DNA of 64,000 bases from Candidatus Bipolaricaulota bacterium (GCA_028278555.1 JANQEA010000072.1:39195-103194); one strand, 5' to 3'. Shown: positions 1 through 10,400, counted from the stretch's first letter. Program-made: numbers and translations. Notes: a model not told the origin generated them from the letters alone.

Positions 1-252
1 CGCGAATGCGATCTCCTCGTGCTCGACGATTTCGGCGCCGAGCGCGCGACCGACTTCGTGCTCGAGGAGCTAGCGAGGATCGTCGATTGGCGCTATCGGA
101 TGATGAAGCTGACGGCCGTTGCAACGAACCTGCTCTCCTTCAAGGAGACGATCGCCAAGTACGGTTCGCGGGCGATCTCCCGGTGGATGGGCTCGTGCAC
201 GGTCGTTCACATCGGAGGCGAGGATCGGCGTGCTGCGATGGGCCCCGGCTAG
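1..252 (+). CDS. DnaC/IstB-like AAA+ ATPase, C-terminal fragment (gene begins upstream of window)
   Basis: Frame 1 is open from base 1: RECDLLVLDDFGAER (Walker-B-like hhhhDD box), then ...ATNL...SRW..., ending at TAG 250-252. The pattern fits helicase-loader or IS21-helper ATPases. DnaC/DnaI cannot be told from IstB without the N-terminus. Confidence 0.55.
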   Translation, partial: RECDLLVLDDFGAERATDFVLEELARIVDWRYRMMKLTAVATNLLSFKETIAKYGSRAISRWMGSCTVVHIGGEDRRAAMGPG

Positions 253-1112
253 CCGGCGTCGGCGGACAGGCTGAGGATTGCGCCGCGGACGCACATCTCG
301 ACGAGAATCCGATCGGTCGGACTGAGGTCCGCGTATCGTGGCTCGGCGAGGATCGTGCGGACGACTTCATCCGGCGGCATCTCTGCGAGCAGTTGTCCGA
401 TTCGATCGAACCACTCGACGAGCCTGTGTTCGTAGGCCGCGAGGAGCGCGGGCGCTCCGCTGGCAACCCCGTAGTGTGTGAACGCAAGCCGAAGCGGCTC
501 GTATGTCTGGAGCTTTCGTAGTGTCGCGGTCCCCCGTTCGAGATCGAAACGTGGCGGGACCGTCAGCGGGGTGTCGACCGGCGTGCCGTGGTTCCCGACA
601 GCGTCGCCGGTGAAGAGGACCCGCTCCGACGGTTCGAAGAAGCAGAGATGATGCGGCGCGTGCCCGGGCGAATCGATCGCTTCGAGGACGACCCCGTCAC
701 CGAGGTCGAATTGATCCCCGTCGGTCGCCGTCCGGATGCGCGCCTCGGGGATCGGGATCGGCTCGCCGTAGAGCGGGAAGAGATGCGGCGAGGCGGCCCG
801 CGCCCCGGCGATCAGCCGACTGGGATCGATCAAGTGCCTTGCCCCGCGAGGATGGACGACCACGGTCGCTTCCGGATGCTCGGCGACGATCACGCCGGCG
901 CCGCCAGCGTGATCGAGATGGACATGGGTGACGAAGATGAACGCTAGATCCTCGTCCTCGAGCCGCTCCAGGAGGCGAGGCGCCGATGACGCAGTCCCGG
1001 ATTCGACGAGGGCCGTCCGCTCTCCGCGAACGAGATAGACGGCTCCGGATCGCGGTTGACCGAACTGATGCGTGTCGATCGTCTCGATTCGGGAGGACCG
1101 CGCGGTGGTCAT
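249..1112 (-). CDS. MBL-fold metallo-hydrolase
   Basis: HxHxDH motif in FVTHVHLDHAGG. ATG 1112 (MTTARSS...) leaves a 10-nt gap after the upstream stop at 1123. The track ORF extends to 1160. Confidence 0.75.
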   Translation of the reverse strand: MTTARSSRIETIDTHQFGQPRSGAVYLVRGERTALVESGTASSAPRLLERLEDEDLAFIFVTHVHLDHAGGAGVIVAEHPEATVVVHPRGARHLIDPSRLIAGARAASPHLFPLYGEPIPIPEARIRTATDGDQFDLGDGVVLEAIDSPGHAPHHLCFFEPSERVLFTGDAVGNHGTPVDTPLTVPPRFDLERGTATLRKLQTYEPLRLAFTHYGVASGAPALLAAYEHRLVEWFDRIGQLLAEMPPDEVVRTILAEPRYADLSPTDRILVEMCVRGAILSLSADAG

Positions 1113-1122
1113 CGGGTCGCGG

Positions 1123-2427
1123 CTAGAACCAGCCAAGCCGGACGGCGACGAGAATCGCAATCGTCCCCAACGCGCAGCTGGCGAACGCGACGGACGAGCC
1201 GCTGGCGAGCCACCGTCGGAGTGTCAGCTTCTCGCCGAGCGACTCCGACATCGAGACGATCACCACGTTCGCGGCCGAGCCGAGCGGTGTGAGGTTCGCG
1301 CCGAACCCGACCCCGATGGCGAGTGCCCACCAGAGCGGTGCAACGTCGATCCCGTGGGCAGCGAGCCCCTTGAAGATCGGAAGCATCGCGATGGTGAACG
1401 GGACATTGCTGATGATTCCCGAGGCGATCGCGCCGCCCCAGAGGACGACGAGGATCGCCAGATAGAGACCCTGTTCGGCGAGCGCTGCGATCCCGCGGCC
1501 GAGGATCCCGATCGCGCCGCTCGCTTCGAGGCCTCCGACGATGATGAACAGAGAGATAAAGAACAGAAGCACATCCCAGTGGATCGTCTTCAGGATCTTG
1601 TCGAAGTCGGGTTTGACCCAGAGAAGTCCGACGCAGGCGCCGATCAGCGCAACGAGACCCGGCTCGAGGCCGATCGCCTCGTGAACGAAGAAGAGGACGA
1701 TCGTTGCCGACAGCGTGATCAGCATCCGCCGGGTCGTCAGCGGATCGACGATCGCGCGGCGCTCGTCCATGCCGAGGAGGCGCTCGACGTTCGATGAGCT
1801 CTGCGACAGCTCACGTCGGAAGAGGAGGAGCAGCAATCCCTGCGCGACGATCCAAACGACCACGACAATCGGAGCGAGGTGCGTCAGGAAGTCGAGGAAG
1901 CCGAACCCAGCGGCCGATCCGATCAGGATGTTCGGCGGGTCTCCGATCAGCGTCGCAACTCCGCCGATGTTCGACAGGAGGACTTCCCCCATCAGGAACG
2001 GAAGCGGAGAGATGCCAAGCACGTCGGCGACGGAGACCGTGACTGGGACGATGATGATGATCGTCGTGACGTTGTCGAGGACCATCGAAACGACCGACGT
2101 GACAAGGCCGAGGTAGACGAGAAGGAGCCACGGTCGCCCGCGTGCCAGCTTCGCGGCACGGATCGCGAGATACTGGAAGAATCCGGTCTCCTGGAAGAGG
2201 CTGACGACGATCATCATCCCCATCAGGAGCGTGATCGTGTCGTAGTCGACGGAGAGCATCGCTTCGTGCGCGCTGTAGAAGGAGAACCAGGTTCCGAGCG
2301 CGATCATGAACGCCGCGCCGGCCAGGGCGACGATGGCGCGGTGAATCCGTTCGAGGAAGATCCCAACATAGGTGAGCGCGAAGGCGAAAAGCGATATGGC
2401 AAGCGGAGCGATTGCGACAGGGTCCAT
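1123..2427 (-). CDS. ArsB/NhaD (CitMHS-like) family anion permease
   Basis: 434-aa polytopic membrane protein with many hydrophobic helices. Overall resemblance to ArsB/NhaD-type permeases, by recognition only. Confidence 0.55.
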   Translation of the reverse strand: MDPVAIAPLAISLFAFALTYVGIFLERIHRAIVALAGAAFMIALGTWFSFYSAHEAMLSVDYDTITLLMGMMIVVSLFQETGFFQYLAIRAAKLARGRPWLLLVYLGLVTSVVSMVLDNVTTIIIIVPVTVSVADVLGISPLPFLMGEVLLSNIGGVATLIGDPPNILIGSAAGFGFLDFLTHLAPIVVVVWIVAQGLLLLLFRRELSQSSSNVERLLGMDERRAIVDPLTTRRMLITLSATIVLFFVHEAIGLEPGLVALIGACVGLLWVKPDFDKILKTIHWDVLLFFISLFIIVGGLEASGAIGILGRGIAALAEQGLYLAILVVLWGGAIASGIISNVPFTIAMLPIFKGLAAHGIDVAPLWWALAIGVGFGANLTPLGSAANVVIVSMSESLGEKLTLRRWLASGSSVAFASCALGTIAILVAVRLGWF

Positions 2428-2908
2428 CCGTCGACCATCTCATGTTCAAAAGATCCCCGATCCTAACGGCAACCCGAATCCGGTGCAATGGGCGTCTGCA
2501 CTGCACCGCAGACGGCGGGCGCCTTGACGACGCCCGCCGTAACTCCTCTGCGAAGGAGGTGCGCGGTGCCAATCAGCCGGCACCCGGTCGGGCTTCGCCC
2601 CGGAGCGGGAAGCCGCTGTCCGGGCGATGGTCGGCATCCGAAGAAGCGTCGGTCGATCGGTTCGGGCACATGACATGTCCGCTCGAAAGAAGCGTGGAGT
2701 CGAACGGATTGGATCGTTCGCCTGGATCCTTCGGAAGCTCGGCGACCATGGGATTCCTCCTGTAGGCCCGATGCTTTGCGCCCCGCCCTTTCGGCGCGGT
2801 TCGCCGTTTCGGGTATCCGAGTGAATATAGATTCTATCATCCGAGAAAACGAGACGCAAGACTCTCGAGTCCGGTTGAACGGAGCCCTTGTTTCCGGAGA
2901 ATGGGCGC

Positions 2909-5900
2909 ATGCACGAGGATCTCTTCTCTCTCTTCCACCCGGCAACGGTTCGCTGGTTCCGGGAGAGTTTCGCCGGCCCGACGCCTCCGCAGATCCAGGG
3001 TTGGCCCGAGATCGCGGCGGGGAATCACACGCTGATCCTCGCGCCGACCGGTTCGGGGAAGACCCTCGCCGCGTTCCTCTACGCGATCGATGAGCTGATC
3101 ACCCGCGACGAGGAGAGGAGCGGCGTCCACACGCTCTACCTCTCGCCGCTGAAAGCGCTGGCGAACGACATCGAGCGGAACCTCGACCCACCGCTGGTCG
3201 GGATCCGTGCCGCCGCGGAGCATCTCGAAGTTGATCTCCCGGAGGTCCGCGTCGGGTTGAGGACCGGCGACACGCCACCGGCGGAGCGTCAGCGGATGGT
3301 CCGGAATCCTCCCGACCTGCTCGTCACGACGCCCGAGTCGCTCCATCTCCTGTTGACCTCGACCCAGGCGCGAGAGATCCTCCGGACCGTCCGATACGTG
3401 ATCGTCGATGAGATCCACGCTCTCTGTCCGAACAAGCGGGGGACGTTCCTCGCCCTCCTCCTCGAACGCCTCGAAGAGCTGACGCCTTCACCGCCGATCC
3501 GGATCGGCCTGTCGGCGACCCAACGTCCTCTGGAGGAAGTGGCTCGCTTCCTCGGCGGCTGTGACCCCGACGGGACGCCGCGTCCCGTCTCGGTTGTCGA
3601 TGCGGGGATGCGGAAGGACCTCGACCTGGCGGTGATCACATCGATCGAGGACATGACGGACCTTCCCCGCGCAGAGGATTCGACCGTCAGCATCTGGCCG
3701 TCGATCTACGAGAGACTCCTCGAGCTGATCGAGGAGCATACATCGACGCTGATCTTCGGGAACAGCCGGCGTGTGGTCGAGCGCCTCGCTGCCGAGATCA
3801 ATCGACTCGCCGGAGCGCCGCTCGTCCGCGCACACCACGGAAGCGTCTCCAAGGAGGAACGACACCGGATCGAGCAGGATCTGAAGGCAGGCCGGCTTCC
3901 TGCGCTGGTGGCGACCGCATCGATGGAGCTTGGGATCGACGTCGGAGCGATCGATCTTGTCTGCCAGGTTGAGGCCCCTTTCTCCGTGGCAAGCGGCCTA
4001 CAGCGCGTCGGAAGGGCGGGGCATCTCGTTCGCGCGACAAGCGTCGGGCGGATGATCCCGAAGACACGTGCCGACCTGCTGATGACGGCTGCCGTCGCCC
4101 GTTCGATGCTCCGAGGCGAGATCTCGGCGATCCGCATCCCCCGAAACCCGCTTGACATCCTCGCGCAGCAGATCGTGGCGATGGTGACGATGGACGAGTG
4201 GTTTGTCGATCGGCTCTACGAGCGGCTCCGCTGCGCAGGTCCGTATCGCGAGCTTCCGCGGGAGACGTACCTTGCGGTGCTCGAGCTCCTCGCCGGACGG
4301 TATCGGACGCCGGCGGCGCCGGCTCTCCGCCCGCGGATCTCGTGGGAGCGCTCGACCGGACGCCTCTATCCGCTTTCGGGAAGCCGACACGCAGTCATCC
4401 TCAACGGTGGGGCGATCCCGGACACCGGTCAGTACGCGATGGTCCTCGAGGACGGGAAGACGCGAATCGGGGAGCTGGACGAAGAGTTCGTCTTCGAGCG
4501 ACGGCTCGGCGAGACGTTCATCCTCGGGACCGGGTGCTGGCGGATCGTCGAGGTGACCCACGATCGCGTCATCGTCGCCCCCGCCGAAGAGCACGAGGGG
4601 ATGATGCCCTTCTGGAAGGGCGAGGGACTCGGGCGGGACGTGGAGTTCGGGGAGCGATTCGGCCGATTCCTTCGTACGTGCGAAGAGCGGCTCGATCGCC
4701 AGGATACGGCAGCGTGGCTCGAAGCCGAGTGTGCTCTCACCCCTTCGGCGGCGAGGAACCTGATCGCGTACTTGAGCGTCCAGCGCGACCGAGCAATCCT
4801 CCCAAACGATCGGCGAATCCTGATCGACGTCTTCCGAAACGAGGCGGGTGATCCGCGGATGGCGATCGTCTCGCCGTTCGGCCGCGCGTTCCACTTGACG
4901 CTTCTCCTTGGGCTCCAGCGGAGGCTGAAGGCGGATGGGTACCCACCCCCGGATGCGATCTACTCGGGCGACGGGATCCTCCTCCGTCCGGGGCGACTCT
5001 CGATCGACACGTTGGTCGAAGCGATCCGGACTCTTCGGTCGGACCGGATCGGAGAGGATGTGATCGAGGAGCTGGAGAGCACGCCGTTCTTCGCGATGCG
5101 CTTCCGGCGAAACGCCGGCCGTGCTCTCCTCCTCCCAAGGGCGAAGCCCGGGCGGCGGACGCCGTTGTGGCTGCAGCGACTCCGCGCGCACGATCTTCTC
5201 ACCGTAGCAAGCGAACATCCAGAATTCCCGATCGTGACCGAGACCTATCGTGAGATCATTGAAGACGAACTCCCAATCGACGCGGCCGAACGATTCCTCC
5301 GAGCGGTCGAGAAGGGAGCGGCGAGCTTCGCTGTCCGCAGGGACCGAACTCCATCTCCGTTCTCTCACACGATGCTCCTCGACTTCACCGGGAAATACCT
5401 CTACGAGGAGGACATGCCGGTGGTCCGAAGAGAGCGATTCCGCGACGTTCGAGAAGGGGTCGCGAGGCTCCTCGGGGAGCGTGTTCAAAGTGAGGAGCTG
5501 TTCGATCCGGACGCGATCCGAACGATCGGCGAACGCCTCCAGGGACTCGCGCCCTACCATCGCGCTCGCGACGGCGCCGAATTGGTCGAACTCCTTCGCC
5601 GGATCGGCGACTTGAGGGAGGATGAGCTTCATGCGCGATGCGAGCCGGCGGCCCTCGCCGTTCTTCCGGAGCTGATCGAGGACGCGCGAATCCTCCGGGT
5701 GTCGATCGACGGCGCAGTCGATCCGGAGCGGTGGATCGCGGCGGACGATGTCGAACGATATCGAGAAGCATCCGAGGAAGACTTCCGGGAGATCGTCCGG
5801 CGGTTCGTTGCATCCCGGGCTATGACGGATCGCCCGACGATCCTGGCAAGATACCCAGCCTCGGAGAGCGTCCTCGAGGATCTTCGCCAAACCGAAGGGT

Positions 5901-7195
5901 GGGTTTCGGTTGAGAGTTCAGACGGGATCCTCGGCTGGTCTCATCCGGACGTGGCGGCCGGGATTCGACGATTGACGCTCTCCGGACGGCGACGCCGGGT
6001 GACAGCGGAATCTCCCGAAGCGTATTCCCGGTTTCTTCTGAAGCTCCATCACAGCGATATGTCGCTCTCCGAATCGGAACTCCCCGAGGTGTTCGATCGG
6101 TTGGTCGGCTGTTCCCTCCCGGTCGATGTCTGGGATGACGTCCTGGCGGCTCGGATTCGTGGCTACGATCGCGGAATGCTCGACCGACTGAGCCGAGCGG
6201 GCGAGCTCGAGTGGCGAGGACGGACGGTTGCCGGCGGGCGGCGTGAAATCACCTTCGTGCCTTCCGGCGTGGCGTCACGTGTCGAACTGGGCGGGATTGC
6301 AGATGAGGTCGAGGGTCGGATCCACGATTGGCTCGAACGACACGGCGCATCTTTTCTCCATCAGATCGCTGCCGCATCGGAGATGCCTCCTTCGGAGGTG
6401 GCGGGCGCGCTGTGGAGGCTGATCTGGGCCGGGCGCGTGACGAACGACTCACTCGACCCGGCGTGGAGCACCGAACCGAAGCCGGAGCAGTGGCAGGGCC
6501 AGCGACGAGCCTCCACGTGGGGAGGCGGACGCTGGTCCGCCGTGAAGCCGCCTTCACCGGAGGAGTCGAGCGATGAGGTGATTCGACGCCTCCGGCGCCT
6601 GCTGCATCGCTACGGGATCCTGAATCGCGATCTGCTCGGGCGAGAGGAAACCGGACTCCGGTGGGGGGATGTGTATCCCTTGCTGACGCGGTGGGAGTGG
6701 GCCGGAGAGGTTGATCGAGGGTTGTTCGTCGAGGGGCTGAGCGCGCCGCAATTCGCCGCGCCTGGGGCGATCGATCGACTTCGCGCGCCGGTGGATGAGG
6801 AGACGGCGGTTCTCCTCAGCGTCTTCGATCCGGCGTGCATCTACGGCGACCTCGTGCCGATCCTGCTCCCCGACGGGGAACGCTACGTGGTCCGCCATCA
6901 TTCGAGCAATCACCTCGTTCTGATCGCCGGACGTCCTGTCCTCGGCATCGAGCAGAGCGGCGAGCGCCTTGTCCCCCTTGTGGATTTCGAGCATGAGCAA
7001 CAAGGAAAGGCGCTGGCAACCCTCCCGAGGCTCGTCGCGGGAAGGCACCGCCCGGCGTCGCTTCGCGTGAAGTCGTGGGCCGGCCGGCCGATCGTCGAAA
7101 CCGGAGCAGCAGCGGAGCTGGAGGCGATGGGATTCGTCCGCGAAGATCGGGCGATGATCCTCTATCGAACGTACGATGCGAGGCCGGAATCGTGA
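2909..7195 (+). CDS. lhr: Lhr-type large ATP-dependent DEAH-box helicase
   Basis: Walker A APTGSGKT, DEIH box VIVDEIHAL, LSATQRP, HHGSVSKEERHRIE, motif VI QRVGRAGH, plus a long Lhr-type C-terminal extension. ATG 2909 (MHEDLFSLFHPATVRWF) follows GGAGA. The track ORF starts at TTG 2888. Confidence 0.9.
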   Translation: MHEDLFSLFHPATVRWFRESFAGPTPPQIQGWPEIAAGNHTLILAPTGSGKTLAAFLYAIDELITRDEERSGVHTLYLSPLKALANDIERNLDPPLVGIRAAAEHLEVDLPEVRVGLRTGDTPPAERQRMVRNPPDLLVTTPESLHLLLTSTQAREILRTVRYVIVDEIHALCPNKRGTFLALLLERLEELTPSPPIRIGLSATQRPLEEVARFLGGCDPDGTPRPVSVVDAGMRKDLDLAVITSIEDMTDLPRAEDSTVSIWPSIYERLLELIEEHTSTLIFGNSRRVVERLAAEINRLAGAPLVRAHHGSVSKEERHRIEQDLKAGRLPALVATASMELGIDVGAIDLVCQVEAPFSVASGLQRVGRAGHLVRATSVGRMIPKTRADLLMTAAVARSMLRGEISAIRIPRNPLDILAQQIVAMVTMDEWFVDRLYERLRCAGPYRELPRETYLAVLELLAGRYRTPAAPALRPRISWERSTGRLYPLSGSRHAVILNGGAIPDTGQYAMVLEDGKTRIGELDEEFVFERRLGETFILGTGCWRIVEVTHDRVIVAPAEEHEGMMPFWKGEGLGRDVEFGERFGRFLRTCEERLDRQDTAAWLEAECALTPSAARNLIAYLSVQRDRAILPNDRRILIDVFRNEAGDPRMAIVSPFGRAFHLTLLLGLQRRLKADGYPPPDAIYSGDGILLRPGRLSIDTLVEAIRTLRSDRIGEDVIEELESTPFFAMRFRRNAGRALLLPRAKPGRRTPLWLQRLRAHDLLTVASEHPEFPIVTETYREIIEDELPIDAAERFLRAVEKGAASFAVRRDRTPSPFSHTMLLDFTGKYLYEEDMPVVRRERFRDVREGVARLLGERVQSEELFDPDAIRTIGERLQGLAPYHRARDGAELVELLRRIGDLREDELHARCEPAALAVLPELIEDARILRVSIDGAVDPERWIAADDVERYREASEEDFREIVRRFVASRAMTDRPTILARYPASESVLEDLRQTEGWVSVESSDGILGWSHPDVAAGIRRLTLSGRRRRVTAESPEAYSRFLLKLHHSDMSLSESELPEVFDRLVGCSLPVDVWDDVLAARIRGYDRGMLDRLSRAGELEWRGRTVAGGRREITFVPSGVASRVELGGIADEVEGRIHDWLERHGASFLHQIAAASEMPPSEVAGALWRLIWAGRVTNDSLDPAWSTEPKPEQWQGQRRASTWGGGRWSAVKPPSPEESSDEVIRRLRRLLHRYGILNRDLLGREETGLRWGDVYPLLTRWEWAGEVDRGLFVEGLSAPQFAAPGAIDRLRAPVDEETAVLLSVFDPACIYGDLVPILLPDGERYVVRHHSSNHLVLIAGRPVLGIEQSGERLVPLVDFEHEQQGKALATLPRLVAGRHRPASLRVKSWAGRPIVETGAAAELEAMGFVREDRAMILYRTYDARPES

Positions 7196-8463
7196 GCCTG
7201 CGATTCGAGGAGTCTCAGCTGGAGCTTGCGCATCGGATCTTGTCTGCCGGCCCGATCTGCGACGAATGCCTCGGCCGTCCGTATGCGCGTGTCGGCCGCG
7301 GCTGGACGAACGGTCAGCGAGGCGAGGCACTCCGAACAGCACACCCCGATGTGGGCACGCCGGGAACGTGCTGGATCTGCGGCGGTCTGTTCGATGGAGC
7401 CACACTCTGGGCGGAACGCGCCCTGCAGGAAGCCTCCGGGATCGAGTTCGCCACCTATCTGTTTGGCGTTCGGCTCTCGCCCCGGTTGCAGGAGATGGAA
7501 TCGTTGTTCGCGAAGCGATTCCCGAGTGCCGAGGGAGAATCGATGAAGCACGCCTTCAACCGCGCCGTCGGCAAGGCGTTCGAAGCCGGCCTTCCACATC
7601 CGGCGACGGTCGACTTCGCATCGCCCGACGTCTCGTTCGTCGTCGGCCTCGCGCCATCCTCGCTCCGCCTACACATCACGTCCCTCTATGTCTATGGGCG
7701 GTATCGGAAGCTCACGCGGGGGATACCGCAGACCAAGTGGCCGTGCCGACGATGTCGGGGGCGTGGATGCACGGCGTGCGGCTTCACCGGGAAGCAGTAC
7801 CCCGAATCGGTGGAGGAGTGGATTGCTGCCCCGCTCCTCGACGCGGCCGAGGCGGAGATGGCCCATCTTCACGGAGCCGGGCGCGAAGACATCGACGCAC
7901 GAATGCTCGGTGATGGCCGGCCGTTCGTTTTGGAGGTCTGCGCCCCGCGGCGCAGAAGCCTCGATCTCGCGCCGTTGCGCGAAGCCGTCAACCGCCACGC
8001 GATGGGGCGGGTAGAGGTGTCGGAACTGTCGTTCGTCGATCGGCGGACGATCGCGATGCTGAAGGGAGTCGACGCAGCGAAGCGGTACCGTGCGGCGGTC
8101 GAGTTCGATGGCCCCGTCGAGTCGGATCGTCTTGCCGAAGCCCTTTCGTCGTTGTGTGGTGAGATCGAGCAACGGACGCCGCAGCGCGTCGCGCATCGGC
8201 GCGCCGATCGGATCCGCCGCCGGCGGCTGGTCCACGCGTCCGGAGAGACCCGAGATTCGTGCCATGCGGTGATCGAACTCGAAGGTGAGGGAGGGCTGTA
8301 CATCAAGGAGTTGATCTCGGGGGATGAGGGCAGGACGAATCCGAGTCTGAGCGGCCGGCTCGGCGTTGGAGCGCGAGTGACCGAATTGGATGTGCTGCAG
8401 GTCGTTTCGGATGCGTTCCCCGACCGGACACGTTCCGTGGACAACAGCGAACCGCTTCCGTAA
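7192..8463 (+). CDS. pus10: tRNA pseudouridine synthase Pus10-like
   Basis: N-terminal zinc ribbon CDECLGR...CWICGG, Cys cluster CRRCRGRGCTACGFTG, catalytic-loop signature HGAGREDIDARMLGDGRPFVLEV, and C-terminal GGLYIKELISGDEGRTNPSLS. GTG 7192 overlaps the lhr TGA (GTGA). Confidence 0.75.
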   Translation: MSLRFEESQLELAHRILSAGPICDECLGRPYARVGRGWTNGQRGEALRTAHPDVGTPGTCWICGGLFDGATLWAERALQEASGIEFATYLFGVRLSPRLQEMESLFAKRFPSAEGESMKHAFNRAVGKAFEAGLPHPATVDFASPDVSFVVGLAPSSLRLHITSLYVYGRYRKLTRGIPQTKWPCRRCRGRGCTACGFTGKQYPESVEEWIAAPLLDAAEAEMAHLHGAGREDIDARMLGDGRPFVLEVCAPRRRSLDLAPLREAVNRHAMGRVEVSELSFVDRRTIAMLKGVDAAKRYRAAVEFDGPVESDRLAEALSSLCGEIEQRTPQRVAHRRADRIRRRRLVHASGETRDSCHAVIELEGEGGLYIKELISGDEGRTNPSLSGRLGVGARVTELDVLQVVSDAFPDRTRSVDNSEPLP

Positions 8464-8475
8464 AGTTAGCCGGGA

Positions 8476-9351
8476 ATGACCATGGAGACGGAGCGGCAGA
8501 CGACACGCAAGGCCCGAAAGGCAGCCCCTTCGCTGCTCGATATCTACTTCCGCGAGATCGGCCGCTTCCCGCTCCTGTCGGCCGAGGACGAACGCCGCCT
8601 GGCGCGCCAGATGGCAGCCGGCGTCGAGGGGGCGAGGGAGCGTTTGATCGTCTCCAATCTCCGGCTCGTCGTGAAGATCGCCCAGGAATACGCCGACATC
8701 GGGCTTCCGCTGATCGATCTGATCCAGGAGGGGAACATCGGCTTGATCGAGGCGATCGATCGGTTCGATCCCGAGCGCGGCTATCGGATGAGCACGTACT
8801 CGTCCTGGTGGATTCGCCGCGCGATCCTGAACGCGGTCAGTCACCATTCCCGGATGATCCGAATCCCCGACTATCTCTTCCGCGCGGTCCGTCGGATGGC
8901 GCAGATGCGATCGATGGCCGAAGGGGGCGTGATCGAGGAGGCGGAGATCACCGACGCAGTCGGGGTTTCGATCGATCGGCTTCGTCAGATCGAGGCTCAG
9001 GTGAACGAGATTGTCTCACTCGATCAGGCCATCGGCGAGGAAGGAGACGAGACATTGGAGGAGCGGATCATCGACGAAAGCGGTCTCTCCCCCGAACACG
9101 AGGCGCTCCGTCTGCTCTTCCGCGATGAGCTCGACTCGGTCCTCGAGAAGATGCCCGCTCGGCAGGCGTTCGCGATCCGTCTCCACTACGGGATCGAGGA
9201 TGGATGCCCCTACAACTTCGCCGAGGTCGGGCGGATCATGGAGATCAGCCGTGAACGCGTCCGGCAGCTTGTCCGCGAGGGGATGAACGGAATCGCCGAC
9301 CGATGGGGGGAGCAGGCGCTCGAAGCCTATCGGACGCTGCTGTCCGGGTAG
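8476..9351 (+). CDS. RNA polymerase sigma-70 family factor (RpoD-like, short form)
   Basis: Region 2 [54 protein letters not shown]. Region 4 [21 protein letters not shown]. Confidence 0.85.
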   Translation: MTMETERQTTRKARKAAPSLLDIYFREIGRFPLLSAEDERRLARQMAAGVEGARERLIVSNLRLVVKIAQEYADIGLPLIDLIQEGNIGLIEAIDRFDPERGYRMSTYSSWWIRRAILNAVSHHSRMIRIPDYLFRAVRRMAQMRSMAEGGVIEEAEITDAVGVSIDRLRQIEAQVNEIVSLDQAIGEEGDETLEERIIDESGLSPEHEALRLLFRDELDSVLEKMPARQAFAIRLHYGIEDGCPYNFAEVGRIMEISRERVRQLVREGMNGIADRWGEQALEAYRTLLSG

Positions 9352-10400
9352 CCGGTCTCTCTCGATTCGTTCGCGGCACGCAGCTGGCCGCAGCCGGCCT
9401 GAATCTCGATCCCCCGTCGAACGCGCACCGATACTGGAATCCCTCGCTGTCGGAGCACGCTCGAGAAGCGATCGACGTGCTCGTTCGGGCTACGCTTCCA
9501 CGCGCACCCGGGAACCGGGTTGAGAGGGATCAGGTTCACGTGGCAGAGGAGGCCGCGGAGGAGATCGGACAGTCGGCGAGCGTGGTCCGGCGAATCGTTG
9601 ACTCCGTCGATCAGCGCGACCTCGAAGGTGATTCGCCGGTTCGTCTTTGCGAGGTACGTCCGGCAAGCCTCCAAGAGGCGGTCGATCGGGTAGGTCTCGT
9701 TGATCGGGAGAAGCCGCGTCCGAAGCTCGTCCTCGGCGGCGTGGAGCGATACGGCAAGGTTCACTTGGAGGTCCTCGCTGGCAAGCCGTTCGATGCCCAG
9801 GACGTGGCCGACAGTCGAGACAGTGAACGAGCGGGCACCGAGGCCGAGTCCTCGCGGGTCGTTGAGCATGCGGATCGACCCGAGAGTCGCCTCGTAGTTG
9901 GCGAGCGGTTCGCCCATACCCATGTAGACGACGTTCGACAGCCGACGGTCGTGTTCCCGAAAGCCGCGCGCGGCGTGGAGAACCTGCGCGACGATCTCGC
10001 CGACCGAGAGGTCCCGCACAAACCCGGCCTGGCCGGTGGCACAGATCCGACAGCCCATCGCACAGCCGATCTGTGTCGATACGCAGACCGTACGGCGGTC
10101 GTCGTAGTGCATCGAGACAACCTCGATCGATGCGCCGTCTGCCAATCGGAGCAACGACTTGCTCGTCCGTCGGTCTGAGCTCTCCTGGGTCGCCTCGATC
10201 GAGGGGGAATCGAACGGAAGGCCGCTGGCGAGTGTCGATCGAAGTCCGACTGGCAGGGTCGTCATGGCGCCGTACTCGATCGCGAAGTCGTGGTAGACGG
10301 CCCGCCAGATCTGGTCGGCGCGGTACGCAGGCTCACCGAGTTCGGCCAGCCGATCGCGGAGCGTCTCGAACGGAAGGTCGAGAAGGGTCGACTCACGCAT
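9327..10400 (-). CDS. rlmN: 23S rRNA/tRNA (adenine-C2)-methyltransferase RlmN (radical SAM)
   Basis: [18 protein letters not shown] (CxxxCxxC), [12 protein letters not shown] 10400 ([12 protein letters not shown]) overlaps the ligA stop by 8 nt. The track ORF extends spuriously to 10673. Confidence 0.9.
   Translation of the reverse strand: MRESTLLDLPFETLRDRLAELGEPAYRADQIWRAVYHDFAIEYGAMTTLPVGLRSTLASGLPFDSPSIEATQESSDRRTSKSLLRLADGASIEVVSMHYDDRRTVCVSTQIGCAMGCRICATGQAGFVRDLSVGEIVAQVLHAARGFREHDRRLSNVVYMGMGEPLANYEATLGSIRMLNDPRGLGLGARSFTVSTVGHVLGIERLASEDLQVNLAVSLHAAEDELRTRLLPINETYPIDRLLEACRTYLAKTNRRITFEVALIDGVNDSPDHARRLSDLLRGLLCHVNLIPLNPVPGCAWKRSPNEHVDRFSSVLRQRGIPVSVRVRRGIEIQAGCGQLRAANESRETGYPDSSVR

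Noticed and set aside
1-252. IS21-family mobile element (IstB helper ATPase)
   Set aside because: Only the last 83 codons are visible. No inverted repeat or transposase is in the window, and a convergent MBL gene shares its stop (CTAG). A chromosomal DnaC/DnaI-type loader is equally likely.
2428-2908. tmRNA, SRP RNA, RNase P RNA or 6S RNA in the large intergenic gap
   Set aside because: I looked on both strands for the diagnostic strings. These were the RNase P GAGGAAAGTCCGGGC, the SRP GGAAGCAGCC / AGGTCAGGTCCGGAAGG, and a tmRNA acceptor/T-arm ending CCA with a tag ORF. None was found. 6S RNA cannot be excluded by eye.
2888-2908. TTG 2888 as the lhr start (track ORF start)
   Set aside because: ATG 2909 is preceded by GGAGA at a suitable distance. 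It yields the conserved Lhr N-terminus (MHEDLFSLFHPATVRWF). The TTG extension adds seven non-conserved residues.
3998-5890. 630-aa minus-strand ORF
   Set aside because: It is antisense to the lhr helicase core and extension. The composition is Arg/Pro/Asp-rich and no motifs are present. It is a shadow ORF.
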